This document shows positions 1-9,251 of a stretch of 64,000 nt of DNA, one piece after another. How positions within the stretch are numbered: position 1 is the stretch's first letter; the number at the start of each line of letters is the position of its first letter. Under the pieces are notes generated by a model. That model searched no databases and had not been told where the DNA came from. It saw nothing but the letters and a program-made list of their open reading frames with translations. Source of the DNA: a virus; IMG/VR virus record IMGVR_UViG_3300042892_002840, positions 33,030 to 97,029 of that record; one strand, written 5' to 3'. The translations under genes and the position numbers were made by a program.

Positions 1-345
1 GTGATACTTTCTAATGGTTATTTCATCTGGTAAAAAACCAAGGTCTTTATCGACTGACTCAGAGTAATCATTAATGCACATCTGTATTGCATCATGAATA
101 GTTGATATAATCAAAAAAGATTCTTCGTCTACAGAACCATCAAGACCGCTTCTATATGCACCCGCTTTAAACTCTCCGAACACATCATCTGGCCTAGTAC
201 TTGAAACCCATGGTTCCCAATTACTGAGAGTAGGATTGCTTGCCATCTTAAGATTAAGCTCTTCTATTTTTTTAATAAAAGCATTAGGATTTGGAATTAA
301 TTCTTTGTAATAAAAAATCCCATCTGCTAAAACTTCTTTTATCAT
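1..345 (-). CDS. 2OG-Fe(II) oxygenase, 3'-truncated by the window edge
   Basis: Hand-translated MIKEVLADGIFYYKELIPNP...EITIRKYH; ATGA overlap with the preceding gene; N-terminus resembles neighbouring oxygenases. Confidence 0.7.
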   Translation of the reverse strand, partial: MIKEVLADGIFYYKELIPNPNAFIKKIEELNLKMASNPTLSNWEPWVSSTRPDDVFGEFKAGAYRSGLDGSVDEESFLIISTIHDAIQMCINDYSESVDKDLGFLPDEITIRKYH

Positions 346-1040
346 TCTCTACCCTTTGGCATAGATGGCTTTCCTTCTGGAGTTGCCCATTTTTTATAAA
401 GCTCTTCTTGCTCTTCTCTGACTTTCTTTAACTCTTCTGCCCATGCTTGCTTCTGTTCTTCTGTATACACACATCTAGCATCATCCCAAAAGGATCCGAT
501 TGTGTATCTTATTCCGCCTCGAACAGTTGTGACCATGTGCTCTCTTGTATGACCGCCAGCAAAAAATGCTGCTAGGCCAATCTCTGGCTTTACGTCAATG
601 CCATTGTCTTTAAATTTTAAATGACCACCTTCAAAATCATCATTTAAATAAATGAAGACTGCATATTTACTTTTTTCAAAAGCTGTTGGATTTCCATCAT
701 CGTCTGAGTTATCTGAGTGATAGTCAGCAAATGCACCATCAATCCATCTCTGTGCATGGTAGCTGACTTCATTAACCTCAAACCCTAAAAGCTCTTCAGT
801 CTTTGACTTAATTTTTTCTTTAAGTTGACCGAAGAAGTCTGGGTCAAGGCCAAATAACTTAAGCCTATCGTCTGTTGGCCAGTATCCCATGGCTTGTGAT
901 CCGTAAAAAGAGATCTCGTTCCATTTAAGAACCTTATTGTCTACAAGGTAGTCAAAGTATTTAATGACAGCTTCGCAGGTCTCTTTATCTATAAAATTTT
1001 CTACAAGAAAAAATTCATCTCTAATAGGCCTGTCTGTCAT
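342..1040 (-). CDS. Prolyl-4-hydroxylase-like 2OG-Fe(II) oxygenase
   Basis: HSD...YLNDDFEGG...H.V...G.RYT motif set. Confidence 0.9.
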   Translation of the reverse strand: MTDRPIRDEFFLVENFIDKETCEAVIKYFDYLVDNKVLKWNEISFYGSQAMGYWPTDDRLKLFGLDPDFFGQLKEKIKSKTEELLGFEVNEVSYHAQRWIDGAFADYHSDNSDDDGNPTAFEKSKYAVFIYLNDDFEGGHLKFKDNGIDVKPEIGLAAFFAGGHTREHMVTTVRGGIRYTIGSFWDDARCVYTEEQKQAWAEELKKVREEQEELYKKWATPEGKPSMPKGRE

Positions 1041-1825
1041 GATTCATACCCTAAATGTTTTCTTTCTGAGTATTTCATGTTTTTTGGATTTTCTTTTTCA
1101 ATTCTATCCCACTCCATCTTAGCCCATCTGTATGCCCCAATGTGTTTTTGGTTAGCTATCCATTCTGGGGTTCCATCAAAGATATGCTGAATAAAATTAC
1201 GAATAAAGAATTTTTCTCCATTTTTAATTACTCTAACTCCATGGAAATATGGTTCTGTTGAAGGGAATACAAGGATGTCTCCCGCCTTTGGCTTGTATGG
1301 ATAGTATACGTCATCAACAATAAACTCAATATCTCCGCCCTCGTAGTCATCGTTTATGTATGTTGTGCAAGTCAGCAAAAACTTTGGACCTGGCATATCT
1401 CTTTCAGAAATAATATAATCCGTGTGGTATTGCATTGTCATTTCATTTCGCATAGTATCAATGTTTGAATTATATTTTGAAAACGAAGATGTCATCAACT
1501 TTGAGGTTGGTGGCATTTGAACATTGTATCTTTCTACGTAGTCTTCAATTGCAGTATTGTATGCCTCGTAAACTCTATCAGACAAATGCTTTTCTTCATC
1601 ATACATAGGGCCAAACTCTCTAGGCTCATTGTCGTCGTGTTTTTGCTGTGAGTATGTACCAAAAATAGACCATTGGTCCCAAGTTCTTAAGTAGTACTTT
1701 CCTTCTGATGTGCGCTCAGATCTCTTCATTATGTCATAAAGATTATCTGCGTCAGGTAGTAATCCCTGATAAATTCTTACATTTGGCAGTAACTCAAATG
1801 ATGTGTACTCTTGCTTACTTGTCAT
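1037..1825 (-). CDS. Prolyl-4-hydroxylase-like 2OG-Fe(II) oxygenase
   Basis: HTD, YINDDYEGG, FHGV, GEK. Confidence 0.9.
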   Translation of the reverse strand: MTSKQEYTSFELLPNVRIYQGLLPDADNLYDIMKRSERTSEGKYYLRTWDQWSIFGTYSQQKHDDNEPREFGPMYDEEKHLSDRVYEAYNTAIEDYVERYNVQMPPTSKLMTSSFSKYNSNIDTMRNEMTMQYHTDYIISERDMPGPKFLLTCTTYINDDYEGGDIEFIVDDVYYPYKPKAGDILVFPSTEPYFHGVRVIKNGEKFFIRNFIQHIFDGTPEWIANQKHIGAYRWAKMEWDRIEKENPKNMKYSERKHLGYES

Positions 1826-2492
1826 CCTCTAATCCCAACTTTGTTATTGTCCAGAAAAATGGGGCAGTATATCTAGTCCCACTTGTAACCTTTGTCACTC
1901 CATGAATATAGTTCTTGTCCCCAGGGAAAAAGTACGCTGCTCTTGGTTTAGGTTTAAATTTAATATTTTGAAGTGGAAAGAATAGCTCTCCGCCTTCATA
2001 GTCGTCGTTTAAATAAAATACAGTTCCTAAGTCATACCATGGAAATTCATTTGGTGTTCCTGCGTCTGGGCCTTCGTGAAGCTCTTTATCTGCATGTGGA
2101 AACTGCATTGTGCCTACAGGCCACCTTACAATAGCTGCATCAGTCGGCTTTACTTCAACCTGAAACTTTTCTCTAATATAAGGTGTCATTCTTTCAATTA
2201 CACGATCTAAAATTGCTACAACTTCGCCTGTTGGATCTGCTTTCAAAAGAGTATTCATTGTTGCTACTCTGTCTTCCCAAACCCTGTGGTCATATATAAT
2301 GCTTCCATTTTCATTCCATTGGGACTCTGTTACATCCCATACAGTGTTGCTTTTTGCAAAAGTAAGAAGATAGTCTTGCTCTTCTGGTGTCACCATGTCC
2401 TCTAGCTCGACAACATTATCTGGTGAATTGCCAAAGTATCCAGAAGGAGTGATAGTTTCTCTTGCGTATCGTGCTCTTTTAGTATATTCCAT
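1815..2492 (-). CDS. Prolyl-4-hydroxylase-like 2OG-Fe(II) oxygenase
   Basis: HAD, YLNDDYEGGEL, HGVTKVTSGTRY. Confidence 0.92.
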   Translation of the reverse strand: MEYTKRARYARETITPSGYFGNSPDNVVELEDMVTPEEQDYLLTFAKSNTVWDVTESQWNENGSIIYDHRVWEDRVATMNTLLKADPTGEVVAILDRVIERMTPYIREKFQVEVKPTDAAIVRWPVGTMQFPHADKELHEGPDAGTPNEFPWYDLGTVFYLNDDYEGGELFFPLQNIKFKPKPRAAYFFPGDKNYIHGVTKVTSGTRYTAPFFWTITKLGLEDDK

Positions 2493-2499
2493 TTTTTAC

Positions 2500-3228
2500 C
2501 TATTCATATTTCTTTAGAGATCGAACGGTTTGCTTGTATGCACCGCCGTCTTTTGTTCTAAACTTTTTTGCCTGAGCATTGTGTCTTTCTTGCAAAGAAA
2601 CAAGGTCATGAAATTTTGGCTCCATTTTCCACTCTTCTCTTTTATATGGAATTAGCTGAAGGTAAGGAGTTCCTTTTGGAACCTTACCCTCAAAGTCATT
2701 CCTTAAGAAAAACGGTATAAGACCTGGAGTATTCATCTTATCATTATCTATTATAGCAGAGGTGGTTATAAACGGTAAATCAAATCTGTTGATTGGATTT
2801 ACATATAAAACGCTATATCCATCTGGAACCTCTGGTGCCCAATTAGGATACCAGTGGAAGTGTCTGTCTAGGTATCCGTGTGGAACTGGAAACTCATTCA
2901 TAGGGGCTCTTGACCCAACAAAATCTTCGTATCCTGGTTCTGGTATTGCTATCATCTCACCATTTGGCAGTTTGCTAAAAACAATATCGCATGGGGTTAC
3001 ATAAAAATATCCAGTGATAAATATATCAAGTAAACCTGGGCAAGACTTAAAGCTTCTTACTAGTCCACCTTCAGGGTTGGGCCAGTACTCTCCTGTCTGC
3101 TTGTTAAGCTCAAACTTGTCTGCTTTTTTAAACCATTCTGGAGTTAAATTTCTTGCTGGCTTTGGCTGATATTCTTCGCTTATAATGTTGTACAGCCTAT
3201 TAGAATGAAATTTTATTTTATTGCTCAT
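2500..3228 (-). CDS. DUF6065-like hypothetical protein, paralog of 6444-7175
   Basis: PEWF, K.CPG..D, P.NRFDLPF, PKGTPYLQLIP shared with 6444-7175. Confidence 0.6.
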   Translation of the reverse strand: MSNKIKFHSNRLYNIISEEYQPKPARNLTPEWFKKADKFELNKQTGEYWPNPEGGLVRSFKSCPGLLDIFITGYFYVTPCDIVFSKLPNGEMIAIPEPGYEDFVGSRAPMNEFPVPHGYLDRHFHWYPNWAPEVPDGYSVLYVNPINRFDLPFITTSAIIDNDKMNTPGLIPFFLRNDFEGKVPKGTPYLQLIPYKREEWKMEPKFHDLVSLQERHNAQAKKFRTKDGGAYKQTVRSLKKYE

Positions 3229-3916
3229 TTGTTTTTAACCTAATTACCTTTAGCTCGTGTTCACCTATTTTGTTGCCTAGATGATCTGTTGCATTCCTAT
3301 AAAAGCCAGCCCACTTACCCTGCTGATTAATTCTTTCTGCTGTCTCTCCATATTCTCTTCCATCAAATTGAGCACCGACGTAATCCTTACCGTCGTGTAA
3401 ATTAATTTCAGAATTATTTAATTCAGACAAAGTAATTGGGAGTATGGCAGCTACTGGTGTATTTGCTGGTATTGTTATAATCTTTCCTGGGGAAGTTATT
3501 CTCCAAACAACTGGAATCTCGCCTGAAAAAAATGATGTTGTTAATAGCGTAGTAAATGCTTGAGCTCCATCTATAAATTGATTTGGAACTGGCATAATAA
3601 GAGTTGTTGTCTCCAAGTTAGTCTTAAAGGTTAGCCCTGTCCTAAAGCTTATTGTTCCATTTGCTCTATTTGTGTGACAATAATTTTCTCCAGAAAGAAC
3701 CTTTACATGATCTGGGCTGCTATTAGAAATGCCATCCCATATAAAAGAAATATCTTCTGGAAAAGAAATTCCCCATCCTAGTTGATTTGCAAGGCTTACT
3801 GGAAAACAATTGTAGGCGTGTCTATCTACAGTATTTTCCATCCAGTCTCTCTTTACAGAAAGCTGGGATATCTCCCCTGGATTTTTATCAGCCTTATAAA
3901 CCTCTATTTTATGCAT
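3218..3916 (-). CDS. DUF6065 family protein
   Basis: RDWM...HAYNCFPVSLANQLGW motif typical of DUF6065 (recognised from memory). Confidence 0.7.
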   Translation of the reverse strand: MHKIEVYKADKNPGEISQLSVKRDWMENTVDRHAYNCFPVSLANQLGWGISFPEDISFIWDGISNSSPDHVKVLSGENYCHTNRANGTISFRTGLTFKTNLETTTLIMPVPNQFIDGAQAFTTLLTTSFFSGEIPVVWRITSPGKIITIPANTPVAAILPITLSELNNSEINLHDGKDYVGAQFDGREYGETAERINQQGKWAGFYRNATDHLGNKIGEHELKVIRLKTNEQ

Positions 3917-4607
3917 AGCCCTCAGTGTATCTCTTTTCTATTTCCCTATAGTCTGGAGTATGCGGAGCCTCTAAATAGTCTAGCATTGTTACTATTGAAT
4001 ATTTTGTGCCGCTTGTTACTGGAAGCGAAGCGTGAGAAAACAGATAGCTTGAAGGGAAAAGGTACAGGTCTCCTGCTTTAGGCTTAATCTTTAAATTAAA
4101 TTTATCAAAGTAAAGTTCGCCTCCTTCATAGTCATCATTAATATATCCTACCGATGACAGCACACATATATAAGAGTATCCATGATCTGAGTGTACTTGA
4201 AAATGCTGGCCTGGCCCATACTTTACAAAATTAAATGATTCCCAGTACTTGAGTGGAGCAACATTAAAGCGCTGTCTATAATCTTCAACAGGACCTATTT
4301 GCACATCTCTTGAGTCTTCCCAAATTTTTTCTAGCTTTATCTGATCTGGGCTCTTGTTGGAATCATCTGGATTGTTTTTCTTAACTTTAAAATCAAAAGC
4401 ATCTCTATACTTAAGGTCGTTGTTAGCGTATCCCGTTGTAGCCTGCTTCCATTTGTATGTGGAGTGAGGGGAATCAGAATATCCAACCCCTTCTGCATTA
4501 GGGTCTGAAGATAGGCATTCTTCTAACCTATTAATTAGATCCATTTCTTTTGTAAATACATTTCTGTAAACAAGCACACCTGGTGCTAAAATTTCTGGCT
4601 GGTTCAT
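3909..4607 (-). CDS. Prolyl-4-hydroxylase-like 2OG-Fe(II) oxygenase
   Basis: HSD, YINDDYEGGEL, HASLPVTSGTKY; paralog of 7175-7882. Confidence 0.92.
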   Translation of the reverse strand: MNQPEILAPGVLVYRNVFTKEMDLINRLEECLSSDPNAEGVGYSDSPHSTYKWKQATTGYANNDLKYRDAFDFKVKKNNPDDSNKSPDQIKLEKIWEDSRDVQIGPVEDYRQRFNVAPLKYWESFNFVKYGPGQHFQVHSDHGYSYICVLSSVGYINDDYEGGELYFDKFNLKIKPKAGDLYLFPSSYLFSHASLPVTSGTKYSIVTMLDYLEAPHTPDYREIEKRYTEGYA

Positions 4608-4646
4608 TTTGTCTCCCTTATCTATATTATATATAATTCTTGCAGT

Positions 4647-5408
4647 TTAGTCAATCAACTTATCTTTTATAAATCTACCTCTTTTTTTATCTATAGCAAC
4701 AAGACTTGACTTATATAAGTCTTTTGTCCAAAAGCTTGTGTGAGTGTATCTGTTGCCAGAAGTTATCTGTCTGATACCGTGCATTGTATTTATGTCACCA
4801 CTGAATATTAAAAGCATTCCAGCTTTTGGCTTAATTGAAAACTCATTATGTTGAGGAAAGAAAAGCTCTCCTCCTTCAAAATCATCATTAAGATACAGCA
4901 TTGAGGTGTAAAGTTTATTTGTAAATAGCCTTTTATATTCAGTTATATTTTTTTCTTCAAAGAAATATTTGCATTGCTCTGGGACTAAAGATAAATCAAT
5001 AGTGCTTAGGTCAAAGTTTGGATCGATAAAGTCAACATGTGGCTCTTGAAGATGTGGGTAATACCATTTAACTATTTCCCATAACTCGCTGTATATTTCA
5101 AAATCAGGCTTAAAGAAATCTTTTACTTGCTCTTCCATTCTTTCTTGAATTGGAACAACAAATTTAAACAGTTCTTTGTAGTTTTCCATGCCCTCTCTGT
5201 AAAGCTCATTTATCTCTATTCTACGATTATCCCAGTGCTCTGCTGCAGACTTATAGTCTTCTTCTGTCTTAAAAGTTTGTCTTTGTCTATTATGCTTAGA
5301 CCATAATCCAGATTCTTCTGAATATTTAATTAGCCAGTCGCATTCTTCCTTGCTTATAAAATTCTCAACTATTCTACAATGTGGTGATTTTAGGTCTTTT
5401 ATATTCAT
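4647..5408 (-). CDS. Prolyl-4-hydroxylase-like 2OG-Fe(II) oxygenase
   Basis: HVD, YLNDDFEGGEL, HGIRQITSGNRY. Confidence 0.9.
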   Translation of the reverse strand: MNIKDLKSPHCRIVENFISKEECDWLIKYSEESGLWSKHNRQRQTFKTEEDYKSAAEHWDNRRIEINELYREGMENYKELFKFVVPIQERMEEQVKDFFKPDFEIYSELWEIVKWYYPHLQEPHVDFIDPNFDLSTIDLSLVPEQCKYFFEEKNITEYKRLFTNKLYTSMLYLNDDFEGGELFFPQHNEFSIKPKAGMLLIFSGDINTMHGIRQITSGNRYTHTSFWTKDLYKSSLVAIDKKRGRFIKDKLID

Positions 5409-5971
5409 CTCAACCAGCTTGCTATTGCGTATCTGGTTCCAGAGATTACTGGATTAACCTTATGCCTATATGCATATGAAGAAGGAAACATTATAAAATC
5501 TCCTGCCTGTGGCTTATACTTTACATCAAATGAAGGGAACTCTATTTCCCCTCCCTCATAGTTATCATTTAAATAAAATACAGTTGATGCCCTTCTAAAA
5601 GTTGCGCCTGCGTCATCTATGTGTAGATCAAATTTGCCGCCGACATCGTACTTTAGTATCTTGTAGGGCTGATGAACCTTAAATTTAATATAATGGTCTT
5701 CTTCATAATCTTTCTCTATTTCAGAGAATGTTTTATTGAAAAGGCTTGAAAAAAACTTAACATAGTCTTCGTCTTCTTCCCTTGAGTAAGCTGTAATATC
5801 TATTGATTTTGTATCTCTGTAAGAACTGTCTAGTGATTTGTTTCCGTCATTAGCATCAACAACATACTCTGATAGCCATTCGGCATTTGACAAAGATTCT
5901 ATTTCTTTAAAAATTTTTGAGCTATCTATCTTGTAGACAACTATTCCTGGCGCTAGTGTACTTTTAATCAC
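5405..5971 (-). CDS. Prolyl-4-hydroxylase-like 2OG-Fe(II) oxygenase
   Basis: HID, YLNDNYEGGEI, HKVNPVISGTRY. Confidence 0.92.
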   Translation of the reverse strand: MIKSTLAPGIVVYKIDSSKIFKEIESLSNAEWLSEYVVDANDGNKSLDSSYRDTKSIDITAYSREEDEDYVKFFSSLFNKTFSEIEKDYEEDHYIKFKVHQPYKILKYDVGGKFDLHIDDAGATFRRASTVFYLNDNYEGGEIEFPSFDVKYKPQAGDFIMFPSSYAYRHKVNPVISGTRYAIASWLR

Positions 5972-6444
5972 ATAAACATCCTGTAGTAGGGCCTAATAAA
6001 CCATTTTGGAGTAATAGGATTTACATGCATCTTCCATATTATTGCAAATGCATAGGTGTCGTTATTAAAATTATTTAAATATGATTCTCCATTTTTAATA
6101 ACAAATGTGCTGTTTTCATATTCACCATTTAAATATGTTAGAGTCTGACAAAATGTGTCTTCGTCAAACTTAGCATTCTCTATATTTCCATTAATTTTTA
6201 AAATTTGATAATAAAATGGAAACACTTTTTCTGAAACATTATGGTTGTCGTATATTATTTGCTGAACAGATAGCCCAGTCTCTTCGACAATTCTAGCTGA
6301 GTGCCTATGTATTTTATACATCATCTCGCCATCAATTCTATTTTCTGTCCACAGCTTTGGCTGTTTAGAAAGGTTCCATTGATCTAATGATATTAGTACT
6401 TCTTTGTAAGGGTCAAGCAAAGAAGATGGTATGTGTGTGTACAT
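5968..6444 (-). CDS. Hypothetical protein, possibly a degenerate oxygenase fold
   Basis: Translationally coupled within the cluster; TYLNGEYEN echoes YLNDDYEG but there is no HxD motif. Confidence 0.5.
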   Translation of the reverse strand: MYTHIPSSLLDPYKEVLISLDQWNLSKQPKLWTENRIDGEMMYKIHRHSARIVEETGLSVQQIIYDNHNVSEKVFPFYYQILKINGNIENAKFDEDTFCQTLTYLNGEYENSTFVIKNGESYLNNFNNDTYAFAIIWKMHVNPITPKWFIRPYYRMFM

Positions 6445-7175
6445 TACTTATACTCTCTTCTTTCCCAAAACTTATCCTTATATACTCCGCCATCTGGCTT
6501 TCTAAATATCTTTCTTGTTTTTATAATTCTATCATATATATCGCCAGCCTTGTCTATCTGCAATTCTGATTCCCAATTTTCTCTTTTGAATGGTATTATT
6601 TGTGCATATGGGGTGCCAGCTGGTATTACTCCTAGCCAACCTTCAATTAAAAAAAATGGCAAAGATCCTGGCATAGAAACTTTATCTGTATCTATAATCC
6701 CAGATGTGTTGATAAACGGTAAATCAAATCTATTCATTGGCGTTATATACAGAGAGCTATAGCCGTCTGGAGTTTTAATTCCCCAGTCAGACATCCAAGC
6801 AAAGGATTCTTTTCTATATCCTAATGGCGTGGGAAATCCAGAGAGCGGATGCCTTATTTCACAAAAGTCTTCATATTTTGAATCTTCTATTTTTACATCT
6901 ATTTCTAAGTTTTCATTAATAAAAAATTCAATATCACATGGTGTTTTTAATACATATCCTGTTGTAAATGCATCAAGTAAAGCTGGACAACCTTTCCATG
7001 TTGCCATCTTTCCACCATCTGAGTCTAAAACATATTCATTTTTTTCATTTTTAAAAAATCTATCTGCAATACTATACCATTTTGGAATAAATTTAGATGT
7101 TGGCATTGGGCTGCTTATGCTTGACTTATTCAGCCAATGCCTATTAGCAATAAATGTTATTAGGCTTGCTTTCAT
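6444..7175 (-). CDS. DUF6065-like hypothetical protein, paralog of 2500-3228
   Basis: PKWY, KGCPALLD, PMNRFDLPF, PAGTPYAQIIP. Confidence 0.6.
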   Translation of the reverse strand: MKASLITFIANRHWLNKSSISSPMPTSKFIPKWYSIADRFFKNEKNEYVLDSDGGKMATWKGCPALLDAFTTGYVLKTPCDIEFFINENLEIDVKIEDSKYEDFCEIRHPLSGFPTPLGYRKESFAWMSDWGIKTPDGYSSLYITPMNRFDLPFINTSGIIDTDKVSMPGSLPFFLIEGWLGVIPAGTPYAQIIPFKRENWESELQIDKAGDIYDRIIKTRKIFRKPDGGVYKDKFWERREYK

Positions 7176-7882
7176 TACTGTGTCTTAAGAAATGAATTTG
7201 TTTTAGCCCCTTGAGAACTAACAACATGGCCTCTGTCTGTATAATCAAGCATTGTAACTACTGAATACTTGGTTCCGCTTGTTACTGGCATGGCTCTATG
7301 TGGGTACATAAAATTAGATGGGAATACAACAAGGTCCCCCTCTGAAGGATTATACATTATGTCTTGAAGCCTAAAATATAATTCCCCTCCATCATAATCG
7401 TCGTTAATGTATCCTACAAGAGATACAGTGGATGTGTAAGAAAAACCATGGTCCGTGTGCTCTTGGAAATGCTGACCCTCATGATATCTGATAAAATTCA
7501 TTACTTCCCAGTACTGTAACTCGCTTATATTGTACATTAAACAATAATCTTTTACGGCTTCAGACATTACGTCGTAGCATTGTTGCCACATATCTTTTAA
7601 AATTTCAGTTCCTTCATCTGTATTATGAAGGTCATCTTTTCTAAATTTAAAGTCAACACAGTCTCTGTAGTCTGGCTTTTTAAATCCGTATCCTACTGTT
7701 GCTTCTCTCCATTTATATGGGTTAAGCGTTGATCCTAAAACAGACTCTATTTTATTTATAATTCCTATATCTTTTTTTAAAAGATTTTTATAAACAACTA
7801 TACCTGGAGCGAGAATTTCTTTCTCGCTCCAGGTTTTAGTTATAGAGTTAGGATCAATTAATTTAGGTCCTATTGTTGACAA
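7175..7882 (-). CDS. Prolyl-4-hydroxylase-like 2OG-Fe(II) oxygenase
   Basis: HTD, YINDDYDGGEL, HRAMPVTSGTKY. Confidence 0.92.
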   Translation of the reverse strand: MSTIGPKLIDPNSITKTWSEKEILAPGIVVYKNLLKKDIGIINKIESVLGSTLNPYKWREATVGYGFKKPDYRDCVDFKFRKDDLHNTDEGTEILKDMWQQCYDVMSEAVKDYCLMYNISELQYWEVMNFIRYHEGQHFQEHTDHGFSYTSTVSLVGYINDDYDGGELYFRLQDIMYNPSEGDLVVFPSNFMYPHRAMPVTSGTKYSVVTMLDYTDRGHVVSSQGAKTNSFLKTQ

Positions 7883-7905
7883 GCTAATCTCTTTTCTTTT
7901 AAATA

Positions 7906-9225
7906 TTACTTATTATGTATAAGTAATCCGCTGACAAAGAACCAGTCGTATGGTTCGCAAGAAAGTTGATAAACGCTTGTTGGTGCTTCATTTGAATACT
8001 TAATGTCTTCTATAGGGACTTCAGTCATTAGACCGTTTGAGTCTACAACAATTAAGTTTTCTCCAATTTCAGCATAGTAAGATTCTTTAATCTTATACTG
8101 TCCGTCAGATGTTTTAACGAATATAGGCTGAGTAAATGTCATTCTGATGTCAGTGTTTCCATTAAAGTACATAATATCTGACTCTTGAGTTTCAATTATT
8201 TCAGTAATTGTTGTTTCAACAAATTGTCCTAAAGATAATGCATCTGAATTCCATGTCGAGAACTGATATGAATCTGGTGTAGTTGGATCAATTTGATTGA
8301 TCACTACAGACTTAATCTTGTCTCCGACCTGTAAGAACTTAGCTGGTACTTGACCATCCATTGTATCTACAAGTGTGTTTTCTTCTACACAAGGAGGTCC
8401 AAACCAAGGGATGAAGTAAAAGCTTGGAGGTGCAAAGAACCCTGGGGGCGAGAAGAACCCTGGAGGCGAGAAGAACCCTGGAGGTGCGAAGAACCCTGGA
8501 GGTGCGAAGAACCCTGGGGGCGAAAAGAACCCTGGAGGTGCAAAGAACCCTGGGGGCGAGAAGAACCCTGGAGGTGCGAAGAACCCTGGGGGCGAAAAGA
8601 ACCCTGGAGGGCTAAAGAATGAAGGTGGTGAGAAGAAGGTTGTAATGCTATTTGATGGAGATGATGTTTCACCATTACCGTTAGCATTAGCTGCATAGAC
8701 TGTATATGTCTGTGCGGTTCCTTGTTCTTGAGATACAGATACTGATGTAGATGCTGTGCTTCCAGATTTTCCGTCTGATGATGCCCAGTAGTATGCTGTT
8801 ATTGCTGATCCACCATTTGCTGGTGCTGACCAAGACACTACGTCTGTTCCTGCAGATGATGATGATGCTGAAGGAGCACCAACCTGTGCTGGAACCGTTG
8901 TAGGTGTTGTGGCGTTTGATGTGGTTGTAAGACCATTACCAACTGCATTAGATGGAGTTATTGTGAATGTGTATGATGTTCCACCAGCTAGTCCTGTGAA
9001 GGAAAACGAGGTAGAAGATGTTGTTTTTGTTGTTGTTGCTGGACTTGACACTATTGTATATAGTGTTGCTGCTGGTGAATCGGATGGAAGCGTCCAAGCT
9101 AGGTTCGCTGAACCGTTATTGAACGCCCCTCCGTTAACACCAGTGGCAGTAAATCCAGTAACAGCCTTTGGCTCTAGGAAGTTATCCTGAGCTGAAGACT
9201 TAATACCGATTTTCTTATTTGCCAT
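7906..9225 (-). CDS. Fibronectin-III protein with 12 FF(S/A)PP(G/S) repeats and a C-terminal Hint domain
   Basis: Two FnIII-like units (L.W..P...Y; GL.GGTSYTFTI; VSWSAPANGGSAITAY); Hint begins CVEENTLV at 8391 and ends LIHNK. Confidence 0.85.
   Translation of the reverse strand: MANKKIGIKSSAQDNFLEPKAVTGFTATGVNGGAFNNGSANLAWTLPSDSPAATLYTIVSSPATTTKTTSSTSFSFTGLAGGTSYTFTITPSNAVGNGLTTTSNATTPTTVPAQVGAPSASSSSAGTDVVSWSAPANGGSAITAYYWASSDGKSGSTASTSVSVSQEQGTAQTYTVYAANANGNGETSSPSNSITTFFSPPSFFSPPGFFSPPGFFAPPGFFSPPGFFAPPGFFSPPGFFAPPGFFAPPGFFSPPGFFSPPGFFAPPSFYFIPWFGPPCVEENTLVDTMDGQVPAKFLQVGDKIKSVVINQIDPTTPDSYQFSTWNSDALSLGQFVETTITEIIETQESDIMYFNGNTDIRMTFTQPIFVKTSDGQYKIKESYYAEIGENLIVVDSNGLMTEVPIEDIKYSNEAPTSVYQLSCEPYDWFFVSGLLIHNK
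8308..8415. repeat. 108-bp exact direct repeat, copy 1 (copy 2 at 15221-15328)
   Basis: agacttaatc...ccaagggatgaa is identical at both loci. Confidence 0.9.
8422..8637 (-). repeat. 18-bp tandem repeat x12 encoding FF(S/A)PP(G/S)
   Basis: Plus-strand units gaaccctgg(a/g)gg(t/c)g.. counted directly. Confidence 0.95.
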
Positions 9226-9251
9226 TTTTATCTCCTATTTTTTTAATCTAA

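Noticed and set aside
7906-8391. Mobile intein with a homing endonuclease
   Set aside because: The Hint domain is C-terminal, with no C-extein nucleophile and no endonuclease insert.
8422-8637. CRISPR array
   Set aside because: The 18-bp units are contiguous with no unique spacers, vary mostly at synonymous positions and encode an in-frame peptide repeat.
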